A stretch of 63,730 nucleotides of DNA, the filler included, from Candidatus Woesearchaeota archaeon (GTDB taxonomy: Archaea; Nanobdellota; Nanobdellia; Woesearchaeales; WJIZ01), in the NCBI GenBank assembly GCA_018221205.1. It is 8 parts of 8 records of this genome, joined end to end, with 100 filler letters (N's around TTAATTAATTAA, not from the genome) between each part and the next. Parts side by side here need not be neighbours in the genome. Positions count along the whole stretch, not along the records: positions 1 to 9,240 come from JAAOYF010000042.1; positions 9,341 to 18,995 come from JAAOYF010000043.1; 6 more parts are not named here. The stretch is one strand, 5' to 3'. The notes beneath the pieces were generated by a model, which made no database searches, was not told the DNA's origin, and saw only the letters and a program-made list of their open reading frames with translations. Position 1 is the stretch's first letter. Every line of letters starts with the position of its first letter. The translations under genes and the position numbers were made by a program. Below, piece after piece: positions 1 through 10,022 of the stretch.

Positions 1-558
1 ACACTTGCAGACAAAATTAGAGAAGAATCATATGAAGCAATAAAACAGTTACAAGAATCAGGAATAAAATGCTGGATGCTTACCGGAGACAATGAAATAA
101 TTGCAAAAACAGTCTCAGATAAATTAAAGCTTGATGGGTTCTATGCTGAAGTTTTGCCTCATGAAAAATTAGAAAAGGTCAAAGAACTTCAAGATAAAGG
201 AGAATTTGTTGCTATGACTGGTGATGGAATTAATGATGCACCTGCACTTGCACAAGCGAATGTTGGTATTGCTATCGGATCAGGAACAGATGTTGCAGCT
301 GAAACTGCCGACATAATATTAGTCAACAGCAACCCAAAAGATGTAGTTTCATTAATCTTATTTGGAAAAGCTACTTACTCTAAAATGATTCAAAATTTGT
401 TTTGGGCAACAGGATACAATGCATTTGCCATTCCTTTAGCTGCAGGAGTATTGTTTGGTTATGGGATAGTAATTTCCCCTGCTATTGGTGCTGCACTAAT
501 GTCCTTAAGTACAGTAATAGTTGCCATAAATGCTAACTTTTTGAAAGTGAAAAGGTAA
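1..558 (+). CDS. Heavy-metal (Cu-type, P1B) P-type ATPase, C-terminal part (5' truncated by window)
   Basis: MLTGDN and TGDGINDAPALAQA hinge motifs; QNLFWATGYN and MSLSTVIV transmembrane motifs. Confidence 0.93.
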   Translation, partial: TLADKIREESYEAIKQLQESGIKCWMLTGDNEIIAKTVSDKLKLDGFYAEVLPHEKLEKVKELQDKGEFVAMTGDGINDAPALAQANVGIAIGSGTDVAAETADIILVNSNPKDVVSLILFGKATYSKMIQNLFWATGYNAFAIPLAAGVLFGYGIVISPAIGAALMSLSTVIVAINANFLKVKR

Positions 559-1368
559 TTATTTATCCTCCCTAACCCTTAGTATTTTAGGAAATCTTAA
601 CTTGTAGCTATCTTCTTTTTTATACATCATGTCATAACCAACCTCGACTGTTTGTCCATTTTTATTATCTAACTTTGAACTTGCTGTCCCTATTAGCTTA
701 TCTCCCTCATTTAACGTATAGATCCATCCTCGTTTATCCTTTCTTTCTCTTCTACTAATTACTTCTAAGTCCACTGTTCTCAAAGGTTTCTTTTTGATCC
801 AGTTATATCTTGATCCTGGATAGTATGGACTGCAGTTTTTAACTACTATTCCTTCCATTCCTTTCTCAATCATTTTTTTATAAAATTCTTGTATGTCTAC
901 AATAGTATTGGTGCAAAAGAACGGAACGTGATTTAGATGATCATTCTCCTCAATCATTAATCCGAGATGTTGTTTTCGAGAGAGTAATGGATCTTTATAC
1001 AGAAAATGTTCTCCTATCTGCAATACATCAAAAACAAAGTAAACGAACTTTTGTCCTGGAGGAAGTTTTTTTTGTAAAACTGAGTTAGAACTTAATATTT
1101 TGCCATTATCAACGACAGCAATCTCTCCATCTAAGATCATATTGATTCCATGAATGCCTTTTATTACTTCATCTTTTAGATTCCCAAATCGTTTAGTCCA
1201 GTCTGCTCCACTTCTTGTAAAGAACTTGATGTTATCTCCTTGTTTTAAACAAAGGATGCGAACTCCATCTATCTTTGGTTCTACAAATACTCCTTCGTTG
1301 TTATAAAGAAAGATTCCTAAGTCGCCTTCTCCTACTAATTGTGGCTTAAATTTCGTCAGATCTATCAT
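559..1368 (-). CDS. Minimal ATP-dependent DNA ligase (adenylation domain plus short OB domain)
   Basis: Motif I EPKIDGVR, LDGEI, FDVL, EGIVVK, WIKKK, terminal LRFPK; 269 aa with no N-terminal DNA-binding domain. Confidence 0.9.
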   Translation of the reverse strand: MIDLTKFKPQLVGEGDLGIFLYNNEGVFVEPKIDGVRILCLKQGDNIKFFTRSGADWTKRFGNLKDEVIKGIHGINMILDGEIAVVDNGKILSSNSVLQKKLPPGQKFVYFVFDVLQIGEHFLYKDPLLSRKQHLGLMIEENDHLNHVPFFCTNTIVDIQEFYKKMIEKGMEGIVVKNCSPYYPGSRYNWIKKKPLRTVDLEVISRRERKDKRGWIYTLNEGDKLIGTASSKLDNKNGQTVEVGYDMMYKKEDSYKLRFPKILRVREDK

Positions 1369-1705
1369 TATTCGTTACCTCCTTAACCTCTTTATCAAGT
1401 AGCTTCAAAACCCACTTTCCTTTACCCTGTGACGAGTGTGAACTCTTGAAATAAACAGCAAGTAATGGCATCACATTAAACTCCAAAGCTTTCTCAACCA
1501 CACCATGTAATCCTTTAACTCTAAACTTAGCAAGTCCTGTACTTTTTACTTCAACCATAAACACCCTAAATTTCCTAAACAAGATTACATCACAAACTGA
1601 ATGCCTACGACGTCCTGATGCTGCAACTCTTTCTGTATGAAAACCTTTCTCATCCATAAGATTACAAAAGTCTCTTTCATATTGCAGATGGCTCTTTAGT
1701 TTCAT
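1346..1705 (-). CDS. hjc: Archaeal Holliday junction resolvase-like nuclease
   Basis: YERDF...GF...RVAASG...DVI...VEVKS pattern typical of Hjc. Confidence 0.85.
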   Translation of the reverse strand: MKLKSHLQYERDFCNLMDEKGFHTERVAASGRRRHSVCDVILFRKFRVFMVEVKSTGLAKFRVKGLHGVVEKALEFNVMPLLAVYFKSSHSSQGKGKWVLKLLDKEVKEVTNNDRSDEI

Positions 1706-3212
1706 CTTCTTTTACCTCCAATTGTTTTTTTACAAGATCATGTGCCTTGCATTTACCAATAATCACATCTTCATGATTTTCATATCTTTCAAGAAGCATA
1801 GTCTCTTCATTCATGTCCTTGATCTGCTTATCCTTGTCATACTTAATTCCCATCTGATTACAATATGCTATAATCTTCTCAATTTTCTTAGAATAAAGAA
1901 GTAAACAACCAGTTTGTCTTGCCCAGTCAAATAATTTTATTCCCATTGGATTATTCATTATAAGCACTGGTCGTAAAGAATTAAACTGAGGAATCTTTCT
2001 CATATCAAACGAATATCCTTGAGACATACACCCAATCATAGAAGTGATGTATCTTTTTCCTGCCATCCCTAAATACTTGCCTTTCTTATCACGCTTAATT
2101 GAAATAGCATATCCTGCGATAGGAACCTGCATGATATCATCATAGACATAGATAAGATAATCTATTGGATCATTATCAAACTTCCAGACATCAACTAATC
2201 GCTTACCTTTCTCGTCTGTATACTTATGAATACTATCTCTATTAAACCAGCTAGGTATCTTCTTAGGGAACTCAGAATTAAGCCTTATTTGTAACTTATA
2301 TCGTTTTATAAGGTACATTGTGAAGTAAAAGATAGCTTGTTCCTCAAAAGCAAAACCTAGAGTAGAATTGTCCAGAATACTCTTAACAACCTCTTTCTGA
2401 TGAATCTTAGGAACAAGCTCAGCAACAGTCTTTTCAGGTCTTGCAGGATTATAATAATACCTTCTTTGCTTATAAGAATAATACTTAATCCAATTTATCG
2501 TAACTAATCTTTGAATAAACCAAGTTTTGATAATCTCTTCATCAAGATGATATTTCTCCTTAAGCATATCAATAGGATAGATCTCATTGGATTGGATGAT
2601 ATCAAGATAAGAAGCTCTAACTCCCTTAGGCATCATATCAATAATCTTCTTACGAATAGTCTCATCATCAATACCATAAACATAACCTGGTCTTTTCCCA
2701 TGAATCATAGCATTTCTAGGTAAGACAAAAGGACTTCTCTTAATACGATTAGTAAGAAACAATTCTCTAATAGACTGATAACAATAATCCCAGTTCTTAT
2801 AATCCTCCATAGAAGGATAATCTCTCAACTGATAGAAAATCTCACCAGTGGTCAAACCCCTAGAACTATTCTGAAGAATCTCAAAAACCTTAGCTTTAAC
2901 ACCAACCAAAAGATCATCCTTATTCACCTTTTGAGTCATTATCTGAATCTTACGCTTAACCTCAGTCTCATTAATACCATAAACAAAAGACCTCGAACAC
3001 ATCCTATTACTGGACTGGACTCTTACCTTACTTTTAACAATAAGATCATGTTTTAAGATCTGAGCCATATAACTAGAAATATGATTCTTCTTAAGATTAG
3101 TTTTCTTAAACTCTTCAGCAACCTCATTACTGATGACTGCTTTCTTCTTTAAGATATACTTGTAGATCTTGTATGTAAAAGATCCAGTATGAAATGTTAC
3201 TGTTTCACCCAT
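1677..3212 (-). CDS. Large hypothetical protein with repeated winged-helix-like units and a C-terminal PD-(D/E)XK-like domain
   Basis: Internal repeat (FVYGINETEVKRKI / YVYGIDDETIRKKI); GFAFEEQ...PIDYL...AISIK; start could instead be 3230. Confidence 0.6.
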   Translation of the reverse strand: MGETVTFHTGSFTYKIYKYILKKKAVISNEVAEEFKKTNLKKNHISSYMAQILKHDLIVKSKVRVQSSNRMCSRSFVYGINETEVKRKIQIMTQKVNKDDLLVGVKAKVFEILQNSSRGLTTGEIFYQLRDYPSMEDYKNWDYCYQSIRELFLTNRIKRSPFVLPRNAMIHGKRPGYVYGIDDETIRKKIIDMMPKGVRASYLDIIQSNEIYPIDMLKEKYHLDEEIIKTWFIQRLVTINWIKYYSYKQRRYYYNPARPEKTVAELVPKIHQKEVVKSILDNSTLGFAFEEQAIFYFTMYLIKRYKLQIRLNSEFPKKIPSWFNRDSIHKYTDEKGKRLVDVWKFDNDPIDYLIYVYDDIMQVPIAGYAISIKRDKKGKYLGMAGKRYITSMIGCMSQGYSFDMRKIPQFNSLRPVLIMNNPMGIKLFDWARQTGCLLLYSKKIEKIIAYCNQMGIKYDKDKQIKDMNEETMLLERYENHEDVIIGKCKAHDLVKKQLEVKEDETKEPSAI

Positions 3213-3347
3213 TATTTTCACCTCGCACAATAGTTATGCTAATTAAAGAGAATAAAAGGTTAGTTTGCCAAGTATACCAAAATGTTAGAGAATATAGCAA
3301 AACATTTATAGAAGAAACAGATAGTTCAATGAAAGTGTTGAATAAGA

Positions 3348-4577
3348 CTAATTTCTTTCTTTTATCACAAACACTTTATCATTTTTCCTGACTTTGTCAG
3401 GCACTCTCAACGTAATAGATTCTCCTTTCTTCGCTTCATCAACTTCTTTCTCATCTTTGACAATAACCGAACCGTTAAAAGAGACAACACCAGTCGTAGG
3501 GCCACTCACCATCATCTCTTCTCCTTTAGCAAGATTCATGCTCTCAAGAACGATTTCCATAACACCCACTTTAGGGAAATAATTCAGCACCTTGCCGATA
3601 TAATGCTTCTCCTTGGTTGCCTGAGAGCCATAAGCACCGCTCCACTCTCCCAGTTTCTTCCCAAGGTAAAAGCCGCCCTCCCAGAATCCACGATTATAGA
3701 CACCTTTAAGCTGTCCCATCCACTTTTTTATCTTGTCTTCATCATAAGAGCCATCTTCTACACCGAGAACAGCTTCGACATACGCCCTGACCGTAGTATG
3801 CACATATTCTGGAGCCCTTCCTCTGCCCTCAATCTTTAGGATAGAAGCGCCAGCACCGATTATCTTATCCAAAAAGCCGATGGTGCACAGGTCTTTAGGA
3901 GACATCACATACTTATTGTCGATAACCAGTTCATCGCCAGTCTCGTCATCAGTAACTCTATACGCCCGTCTGCAATTCTGCAGACATTCTCCACGATTAG
4001 CAGAGTGATTATAAGTAGCTAGGCTCATGTAGCAATGTCCAGAGATCGAAACACATAATGCACCATGCACAAAAAGCTCGATCTGGACACGTTCTCCCTT
4101 CGGACCTTTGATCTGCTCCTTCTTGATGTGCTCAGATATATTATTGATCTGCTCTAAGCTCAATTCTCTTGCCAAGACAACAACATCTGCATAGCGTGAG
4201 TAGAATTTGACAGCATCGAAGTTAGAGATATTGCACTGCGTCGAACAATGCACTTCTAAAGAGATAGAACAGGCATATTCCATAGCAGAGATATCGCTTG
4301 CAATGACTGCACTCACTCCAGCTTTCTTTGCCCGATCACATAACTCTTTCATCAATGGGATATCTTCATCATAGACGATGGTGTTCAGAGCAAGATAGCT
4401 CCTCACCTTATGTTCTTTACATACCTCAGCGACCTTCTCTAGATCCTCTTCTTTGAAATTAGCAGACCTGCTCCGCATATTCAGCTGACCGACTCCGAAA
4501 TAGACAGAGCCAGCCCCAGCCTTGATGGCTGCATGAAGACTTTCAAAACTTCCTGCAGGTGCCATTATCTCAGTCAT
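3348..4577 (-). CDS. Peptidase U32 family protein (TrhP/RlhA-like, probable RNA hydroxylation)
   Basis: APAGS start, ELFVHGALCVSISGHC, NRGECLQNCR, MSPKDL, LKIEGR. Confidence 0.92.
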   Translation of the reverse strand: MTEIMAPAGSFESLHAAIKAGAGSVYFGVGQLNMRSRSANFKEEDLEKVAEVCKEHKVRSYLALNTIVYDEDIPLMKELCDRAKKAGVSAVIASDISAMEYACSISLEVHCSTQCNISNFDAVKFYSRYADVVVLARELSLEQINNISEHIKKEQIKGPKGERVQIELFVHGALCVSISGHCYMSLATYNHSANRGECLQNCRRAYRVTDDETGDELVIDNKYVMSPKDLCTIGFLDKIIGAGASILKIEGRGRAPEYVHTTVRAYVEAVLGVEDGSYDEDKIKKWMGQLKGVYNRGFWEGGFYLGKKLGEWSGAYGSQATKEKHYIGKVLNYFPKVGVMEIVLESMNLAKGEEMMVSGPTTGVVSFNGSVIVKDEKEVDEAKKGESITLRVPDKVRKNDKVFVIKERN

Positions 4578-5533
4578 GTCATAACCTTCATTCCTTTGAT
4601 ATATTGATGTAATTTCTTTCGAACATGCCCTTTCATCTCATCATCCAAAGAAAGCTTATCGACTTCTTTATCCCAATCAACATCAGGAAGTACAGTTAAT
4701 GTCCCTCTGAATGTCCGTCCAGCCTTTGCAGCTTCCTCTTCAATTTGCCGAGCAAGAGGGCTCCCAAAGAGTTTAATCGCGCGAAATTTCGAGATAGTAT
4801 TGGCTCCAGCCTCCAGAAGATCATGGATACGGTCTATCCTATCTTCCCATATCCCGCATTGGATATCCAGAGAAGGAAATTCCTGACGTAATTGACTGAT
4901 CCACCATGCCTGATCTTCTGTCGACGGAACAGGATAGTTCTCCATCGGAGTCCCTTTCTGAGGGATCAATCCATACACATGGATCTTAGAGATATCATAT
5001 TTTGAAATAAACTCTTTCAACAACGAAAAATCTTCTCGGCTCTCTCCCATACCGACGATAAAGGTCATCGCCCTCTTCAATCCAAGTTCCTTTGCAGACT
5101 CAAACATCCGTTCATAAGGCTTCAAAGGCTTAGAAGGGCATACTTTCTTATGCAGTTCAGGATTGATTGTCTCAGTGCTGCCTACAACACCTTTGATATA
5201 AGGCAGATAAACCTCTAGCTGCTTTTTAGTCAAAGGACCCACAGATAACCATACTTTCTCATCGATGATTTCACTGATCGCCTTCAGCAGAAACACCAAC
5301 TCATCTTGAGACAACACACCTATACCGCCAGTAAAGAAACCAATGTCCCAACCAAGATGCTTGGCCAGGATAGTCTCCGCAATAATAGATGCAGAGCTTC
5401 TCTTTGTCTCTTTTGGAGGCTTGTCATCAGGCTGGGTGCTCATGTAGCAGAATTGGCAATCGCCGATTGTGCAGCCCCAGCTGAAGAATAATGCCCGTTC
5501 GAAGCAGGTTTCCATGCAGCTGAGAAATGCCAT
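4574..5533 (-). CDS. Radical SAM protein, biotin-synthase-like
   Basis: CTIGDCQFC cluster motif, TGG, ETIN...VCPSK, PQKGTP; start reassigned to ATG 5533 because the longer ORF overlaps the divergent gene. Confidence 0.8.
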   Translation of the reverse strand: MAFLSCMETCFERALFFSWGCTIGDCQFCYMSTQPDDKPPKETKRSSASIIAETILAKHLGWDIGFFTGGIGVLSQDELVFLLKAISEIIDEKVWLSVGPLTKKQLEVYLPYIKGVVGSTETINPELHKKVCPSKPLKPYERMFESAKELGLKRAMTFIVGMGESREDFSLLKEFISKYDISKIHVYGLIPQKGTPMENYPVPSTEDQAWWISQLRQEFPSLDIQCGIWEDRIDRIHDLLEAGANTISKFRAIKLFGSPLARQIEEEAAKAGRTFRGTLTVLPDVDWDKEVDKLSLDDEMKGHVRKKLHQYIKGMKVMT

Positions 5534-5588
5534 TTTATTAATAAACGTATCCACATATTTTATAAACCTTTTACATATCCAGGTTGGT

Positions 5589-6512
5589 ATGATATGCTTC
5601 ATAGCTATGATACTATTTGCCATTTTAGGCATATTCTCAGCCACACATAGAAGGCTCGCGAAAGAAGCATTTGACTGCGTTTTCAGGAAATTAACACTAA
5701 GAAAATGCCAGACAGGCCTTGACTCAAGACTCAAAGCCCAGATAACAGGATTATTCTTTAAGGTGAATCCAAGGATAGGCAAATTCACATTCAAACATTT
5801 TGAAGACATCTCAACGATCTTCACCATCATCTTTGTCGCAAGCATCATTGGAATTGCATGGGGAGGCTATAATTGGTGGATCTACGGCAACTGCAACGGT
5901 CCAAACCAAGAAGGCTTCTGCTTGTTCGATCCAACTGGAAAGAATACAGGTATGAGCCAGACAGAGAATCCAGAGAACTGTGTTATTCCCGAACTCAGAG
6001 ATGCTAATCTTAAGCTCGATGATGTAGACCAAGCATATTTCCTCCATTTTAAGGAAGATAGACCAAACCAGATTGTCTTTTTAGGCTGCTACGCCTGTCC
6101 CTACACGAGAAATGCCTATCCGACAATCAAAAAATTATTAGAGAGGGATGATGTCGAATATGATTTTGTCCATTTTCCAGTCAAAGAGCACTCTCCGATC
6201 TTATCACCTATCCTGAACTGTCTCTATGAACAGGATAAGGATAAGATTCAGGAGTTCAATGATGTCATTTTCTCGATAGATACCGAAGAGATTAAGAAAG
6301 ATGAAGTAATCATAGCAGTATTGGATCAGATTGGCGCGAGCAAGAATGATATTTTGGCCTGCGCATCCTCAAACTCAACAATTGAATTCAGCAATAAGCA
6401 ATTAGAAGAAGCAAAGAAGACAGGCATTTATGGCACACCATTGGTCTTTGTGAACGGCGAACCAGTAGTCGGCCCCAAGCCCTTGAGAGTATACAAAAGG
6501 CTCCTAAAATGA
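5589..6512 (+). CDS. Membrane-anchored DsbA/thioredoxin-fold protein
   Basis: N-terminal TM helices, CYACPY, HFP, GIYGTP-VFVNG; start reassigned to ATG 5589. Confidence 0.8.
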   Translation: MICFIAMILFAILGIFSATHRRLAKEAFDCVFRKLTLRKCQTGLDSRLKAQITGLFFKVNPRIGKFTFKHFEDISTIFTIIFVASIIGIAWGGYNWWIYGNCNGPNQEGFCLFDPTGKNTGMSQTENPENCVIPELRDANLKLDDVDQAYFLHFKEDRPNQIVFLGCYACPYTRNAYPTIKKLLERDDVEYDFVHFPVKEHSPILSPILNCLYEQDKDKIQEFNDVIFSIDTEEIKKDEVIIAVLDQIGASKNDILACASSNSTIEFSNKQLEEAKKTGIYGTPLVFVNGEPVVGPKPLRVYKRLLK

Positions 6513-7684
6513 ACGAAAAAATAAGGCAGGATTTCCCCCTCTACAAAGAAGTTCCTGGAATAATCTACGTTGATTCTGCGTGTGTCGCCCTCAAGCCCAT
6601 TCAAGTGATAGAAGCCATGAATGAATATTATTACAAATTCCCAGCCTGCGCTGCACGGAGCAACCATAAGCTAGGAGACTTAGCGACGAATAAAGTTGCA
6701 GACTCAAGGAAAACCTTGGCAAAGTTCATCAATGCGAAAGAGCAGGAGATCATCTTCACCAGAAACACAACAGAATCAATAAACCTCATCTCGCATACAT
6801 TGAAACTGGATGGCACTGTCCTCACAACAGACAAAGAGCACAACTCTAATCTTATCCCCTGGCTGAAATTGGCCAAAGAAGGAAAAATCACGCACAAAGC
6901 TATCGAGACAAAAGAGGGAAAATTCTCGATGGAATCATATGAAAAACTCCTCCAAGAAGGAAACGTCCAACTCGTAGCAATAAACCATATCTCAAATATG
7001 GACGGCATCGAAAACCCAGTAAAAGAAATAACCAAATTAGCCCACGATAATAATGCATTAGTCATGGTAGATGGGGCACAGTCTGCTCCCCATATCGAGG
7101 TCAATGTAAAGAAATTGGATATTGATTTTTATGCTTGTTCCGGCCATAAGATGCTCGGTCCCTCAGGAACCGGCATGCTCTATGGAAAAAAAGAGTTATT
7201 AGAAAAGCTCGATACCTTCATCTTAGGAGGAGAGACTGTCAAAGAGAGCTGGATCGATAAGTATGAATTGGAAGATCTGCCATTCAGGTTTGAGGGCGGC
7301 CTGCAGAATTATGCAGGAATCTATGGCATGGCGGCAGCAGCAAAATACCTGCAGAAGATAGGATTGTCGAAGGTCGAGGAACATTCTAAGAATATAACAA
7401 GAAAGCTGAGAGAGATGCTTGCAGATTTCAATGTGGACATACTCAATCCAGAAGGGACAGGGATAACAAGCATCATACCGAAAAAGATGAAGATACATGA
7501 ACTCAACCTCCTATTGAGCAACAATAACATCATGACCCGTTCCGGGACGCATTGTGTCCACTCGTGGTTCAACAAGCATGATCTCCCAGGCTCTGTACGA
7601 TTCTCGACATATCTTTACAATACTGAAGAGGAAGTTGAGAAGATAGCTGAGATATTCGATAAACAACTCAAAGAGCTGCTATGA
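6509..7684 (+). CDS. sufS: Cysteine desulfurase, SufS-type
   Basis: IRQDFP, FTRNTTE, DGAQS, SGHKMLGP (PLP lysine), RSGTHC. Confidence 0.92.
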   Translation: MNEKIRQDFPLYKEVPGIIYVDSACVALKPIQVIEAMNEYYYKFPACAARSNHKLGDLATNKVADSRKTLAKFINAKEQEIIFTRNTTESINLISHTLKLDGTVLTTDKEHNSNLIPWLKLAKEGKITHKAIETKEGKFSMESYEKLLQEGNVQLVAINHISNMDGIENPVKEITKLAHDNNALVMVDGAQSAPHIEVNVKKLDIDFYACSGHKMLGPSGTGMLYGKKELLEKLDTFILGGETVKESWIDKYELEDLPFRFEGGLQNYAGIYGMAAAAKYLQKIGLSKVEEHSKNITRKLREMLADFNVDILNPEGTGITSIIPKKMKIHELNLLLSNNNIMTRSGTHCVHSWFNKHDLPGSVRFSTYLYNTEEEVEKIAEIFDKQLKELL

Positions 7685-8382
7685 GAGTCATACCAGAGCA
7701 CCATAATCCACAAGGAAAATACATCAAGAGTATTGTCTATGGAGGCCTTGATGGTATCATAACGACCTTTGCCGTTGTTGCCGGTGTCGCAGGCGCATCC
7801 CTCTCTTTCAACATCGTCCTTATTCTCGGCTTTGCAAATCTTTTCGCTGACGGCCTATCCATGGCCATAGGAGACTACCTAAGCTCAAAAGCAGAAAGGG
7901 AATATCATAAGGCAGAAAGAAAAAGAGAAAAAGACGAGATCGAAAAGCATCCAGAACAGGAAAAGGATGAGATGAGAAAGATGCTGGCGAAGAGAGGATT
8001 TACAAAAAAAGACGCAGCATCTATTGTCTCCCTAATGTCAAAGAACAAGAAAGCGTGGATCGATCTCCATTTGATAGAAGAATTGGGCATAGTGGAATCA
8101 GACGAATCTCCCATAAAGAACGCCATAGCGACATTCCTCTCCTTCGCTGTGTTCGGTTTCATACCTCTGCTTGCTTATGTTATTTATCCATTGGTGGGAG
8201 GATTCAACGTGTTTCTCGCTGCCTCCATCCTTACAGGTATAACTTTATTCGCCTTAGGCTCACTCAAAGTAAAAGTCACATCAAAGAACTGGTTCACAGC
8301 AGGCCTGGAGACTTTTTTTGTAGGCGGCCTCACTGCTGTAGTCGCATATTCTATAGGATTTTTCATCTCAACCCTGGTATAG
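7681..8382 (+). CDS. VIT1/CCC1 family Fe/Mn transporter
   Basis: VYGGLDGIITTFAVVAG, ADGLSMAIGDYLS, FGFIPLL. Confidence 0.93.
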   Translation: MRVIPEHHNPQGKYIKSIVYGGLDGIITTFAVVAGVAGASLSFNIVLILGFANLFADGLSMAIGDYLSSKAEREYHKAERKREKDEIEKHPEQEKDEMRKMLAKRGFTKKDAASIVSLMSKNKKAWIDLHLIEELGIVESDESPIKNAIATFLSFAVFGFIPLLAYVIYPLVGGFNVFLAASILTGITLFALGSLKVKVTSKNWFTAGLETFFVGGLTAVVAYSIGFFISTLV

Positions 8383-8428
8383 AGACCAGCCAAAAGTTAT
8401 AAAAACCAACCACCGCTAACAGCCAGCG

Positions 8429-9240
8429 ATGGTTATTGAAGATTTTGACCCTTTAAAAGGAGAGATGCTGCAGGTATTAGATACAGATGGCAATCTCAGT
8501 TCAAAATATCCTCCTTCTCTGAAAGATGAGGAAGTCATCACACTCTATAAGGCAATGGTCCTCTCAAGACAGATGGACTGGAAAGCCACTGCATTGCAAA
8601 GGCAGGGAAGATTGATAACATACATCCCGCAGGCAGGACAGGAAGCGGCTGCAGCTGCCTCTGTGTTTGCTTTGAAGAAAGAAGATTGGCTCGTACCTGC
8701 ATTCAGGGAACTGGCAGGATATATCTTAAGGGGAGCCTCTTTAGAGGACTTGTTGATATATCTTTCAGGAAACGAGCAAGGCTCAAAGAATACTGCTTCC
8801 CTCAATATGCTTCCTCTTTCCATTCCTATCGGCTCTCAGATCCCCCATGCAGTAGGCATCAGTTGGGCAGCAAAGCTGAAGAAAGACCCGATAGCATCAT
8901 TGGTGTTTTTCGGTGATGGGGCATCTTCAGAAGCAGATTTCCATGAAGGACTGAATTTTGCAGGCGTCTTCAAGACCCCGACAGTCTTTTTCTGCATGAA
9001 CAACCAATGGGCGATCAGCACACCCCGTTCAGTACAGACAGCATCAAGGACAATAGCACAAAAAGCGCTTTCCTATGGTTTCAACGGCATACAGGTTGAC
9101 GGAAATGATATTTTTGCAGTGCATCTTGCAACAAAAGAAGCGTTAGAAAATGCAAGAAAAGGCATTCCGACCTTGATTGAAGCAGTTACCTTTAGACAAG
9201 GCCCCCATACAACAGCTGACGATCCTAAGAAGTATAGGAC
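8429..9240 (+). CDS. pdhA: Pyruvate/2-oxoacid dehydrogenase E1 alpha subunit (3' truncated at contig end)
   Basis: LQRQGR, GQEA, TPP motif GDGASSE...NNQWAIS, HTTADDP. Confidence 0.93.
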
Positions 9241-9340
9241 NNNNNNNNNNNNNNNNNNNNNNNNNNNNNNNNNNNNNNNNNNNNTTAATTAATTAANNNN
9301 NNNNNNNNNNNNNNNNNNNNNNNNNNNNNNNNNNNNNNNN
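9241..9340. other. Artificial contig linker (same at 18996-19095, 22090-22189, 34609-34708, 44077-44176, 58989-59088, 61513-61612)
   Basis: 100-nt N-run with central TTAATTAATTAA (stops in all six frames). Confidence 0.99.
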
Positions 9341-9428
9341 TACAGTATTCAAGTACATAGTAAATCAAGAACAACACCACGCAGAAGCTTAAGCGGATAC
9401 CCCGACTTTCAAGTCGGGGAGGATGTCA
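9341..9428 (+). mobile_element. tnpA: IS200/IS605-family element right end with tnpA 3' tail (copy 1)
   Basis: 9342-9392 reads TVFKYIVNQEQHHAEA* (Y1 transposase YIxNQ motif); hairpin CCCCGACTT-TC-AAGTCGGGG then AGGATGTCA; near-identical copy at 22190. Confidence 0.85.
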
Positions 9429-9943
9429 TATTCACCATCCCAAGCAATATCAGCATCCTCGATCCGACCATTCCACACTCCAGTGAATTTTCGACCATCT
9501 AGGCTAACACCTTTGAATGTATGTGCAAACTCATCAGGTAATTCCCACATCCTCTCACCTTTCTCAAAGAATAAACGACCAAAAGTAGCACAAACCAACT
9601 TATGAAATAAGGTACTGCCGCTATGATCATAAGTCGCCGTAAAATCCATCTGATTCGTAGAGACTTCACCCCCCACCCGATAAACTAACCCATTTTCGAA
9701 GTAATATCCACGTAAATCACCACTATCTAGGTCGGTAAACTGAGGAGGCGTTTGCGCGATGATGATGGGATACTGAGAGAAGGGATTCCCCTCGCTATAA
9801 TAACCCTTGAGTCCAGCAAATGCTGTATAGAATCCACTCTGATGCGCCAGCACTTCAAGCTTCCGAAGCATTCTGCTCTCTCGCTCCTGTTCTTTTTTTC
9901 TTCGAGCGTCAGGCAGTTCTGGGATATGATCAAAGATATCCAT
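9389..9943 (-). CDS. Hypothetical protein; C-terminus supplied by the IS200 end
   Basis: 184-aa ORF; last ~12 codons lie inside the repeated IS end. Confidence 0.65.
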   Translation of the reverse strand: MDIFDHIPELPDARRKKEQERESRMLRKLEVLAHQSGFYTAFAGLKGYYSEGNPFSQYPIIIAQTPPQFTDLDSGDLRGYYFENGLVYRVGGEVSTNQMDFTATYDHSGSTLFHKLVCATFGRLFFEKGERMWELPDEFAHTFKGVSLDGRKFTGVWNGRIEDADIAWDGEYDILPDLKVGVSA

Positions 9944-10022
9944 TCTCGAGAAGAACAGCTGTCGATTTAAAAGGCTTTTCTACACATAAAGCTTAAAAAT
10001 TTGACAACATTCCTTTGCGAAA

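Noticed and set aside
5469..5848. Long antiparallel overlap of radical SAM and DsbA ORFs
   Set aside because: Artefact of longest-ORF calling; starts at 5533 and 5589 remove it. The many other antisense ORFs inside known genes were likewise treated as shadows.
9241..9340. Recurrent N-runs with TTAATTAATTAA, and ORFs ending in X-runs
   Set aside because: Artificial contig joins; not biological repeats, and gene order across them is meaningless.
9393..9450. TnpB omega-RNA with guide
   Set aside because: The end follows a tnpA stop directly, with no tnpB or room for a scaffold at this end.
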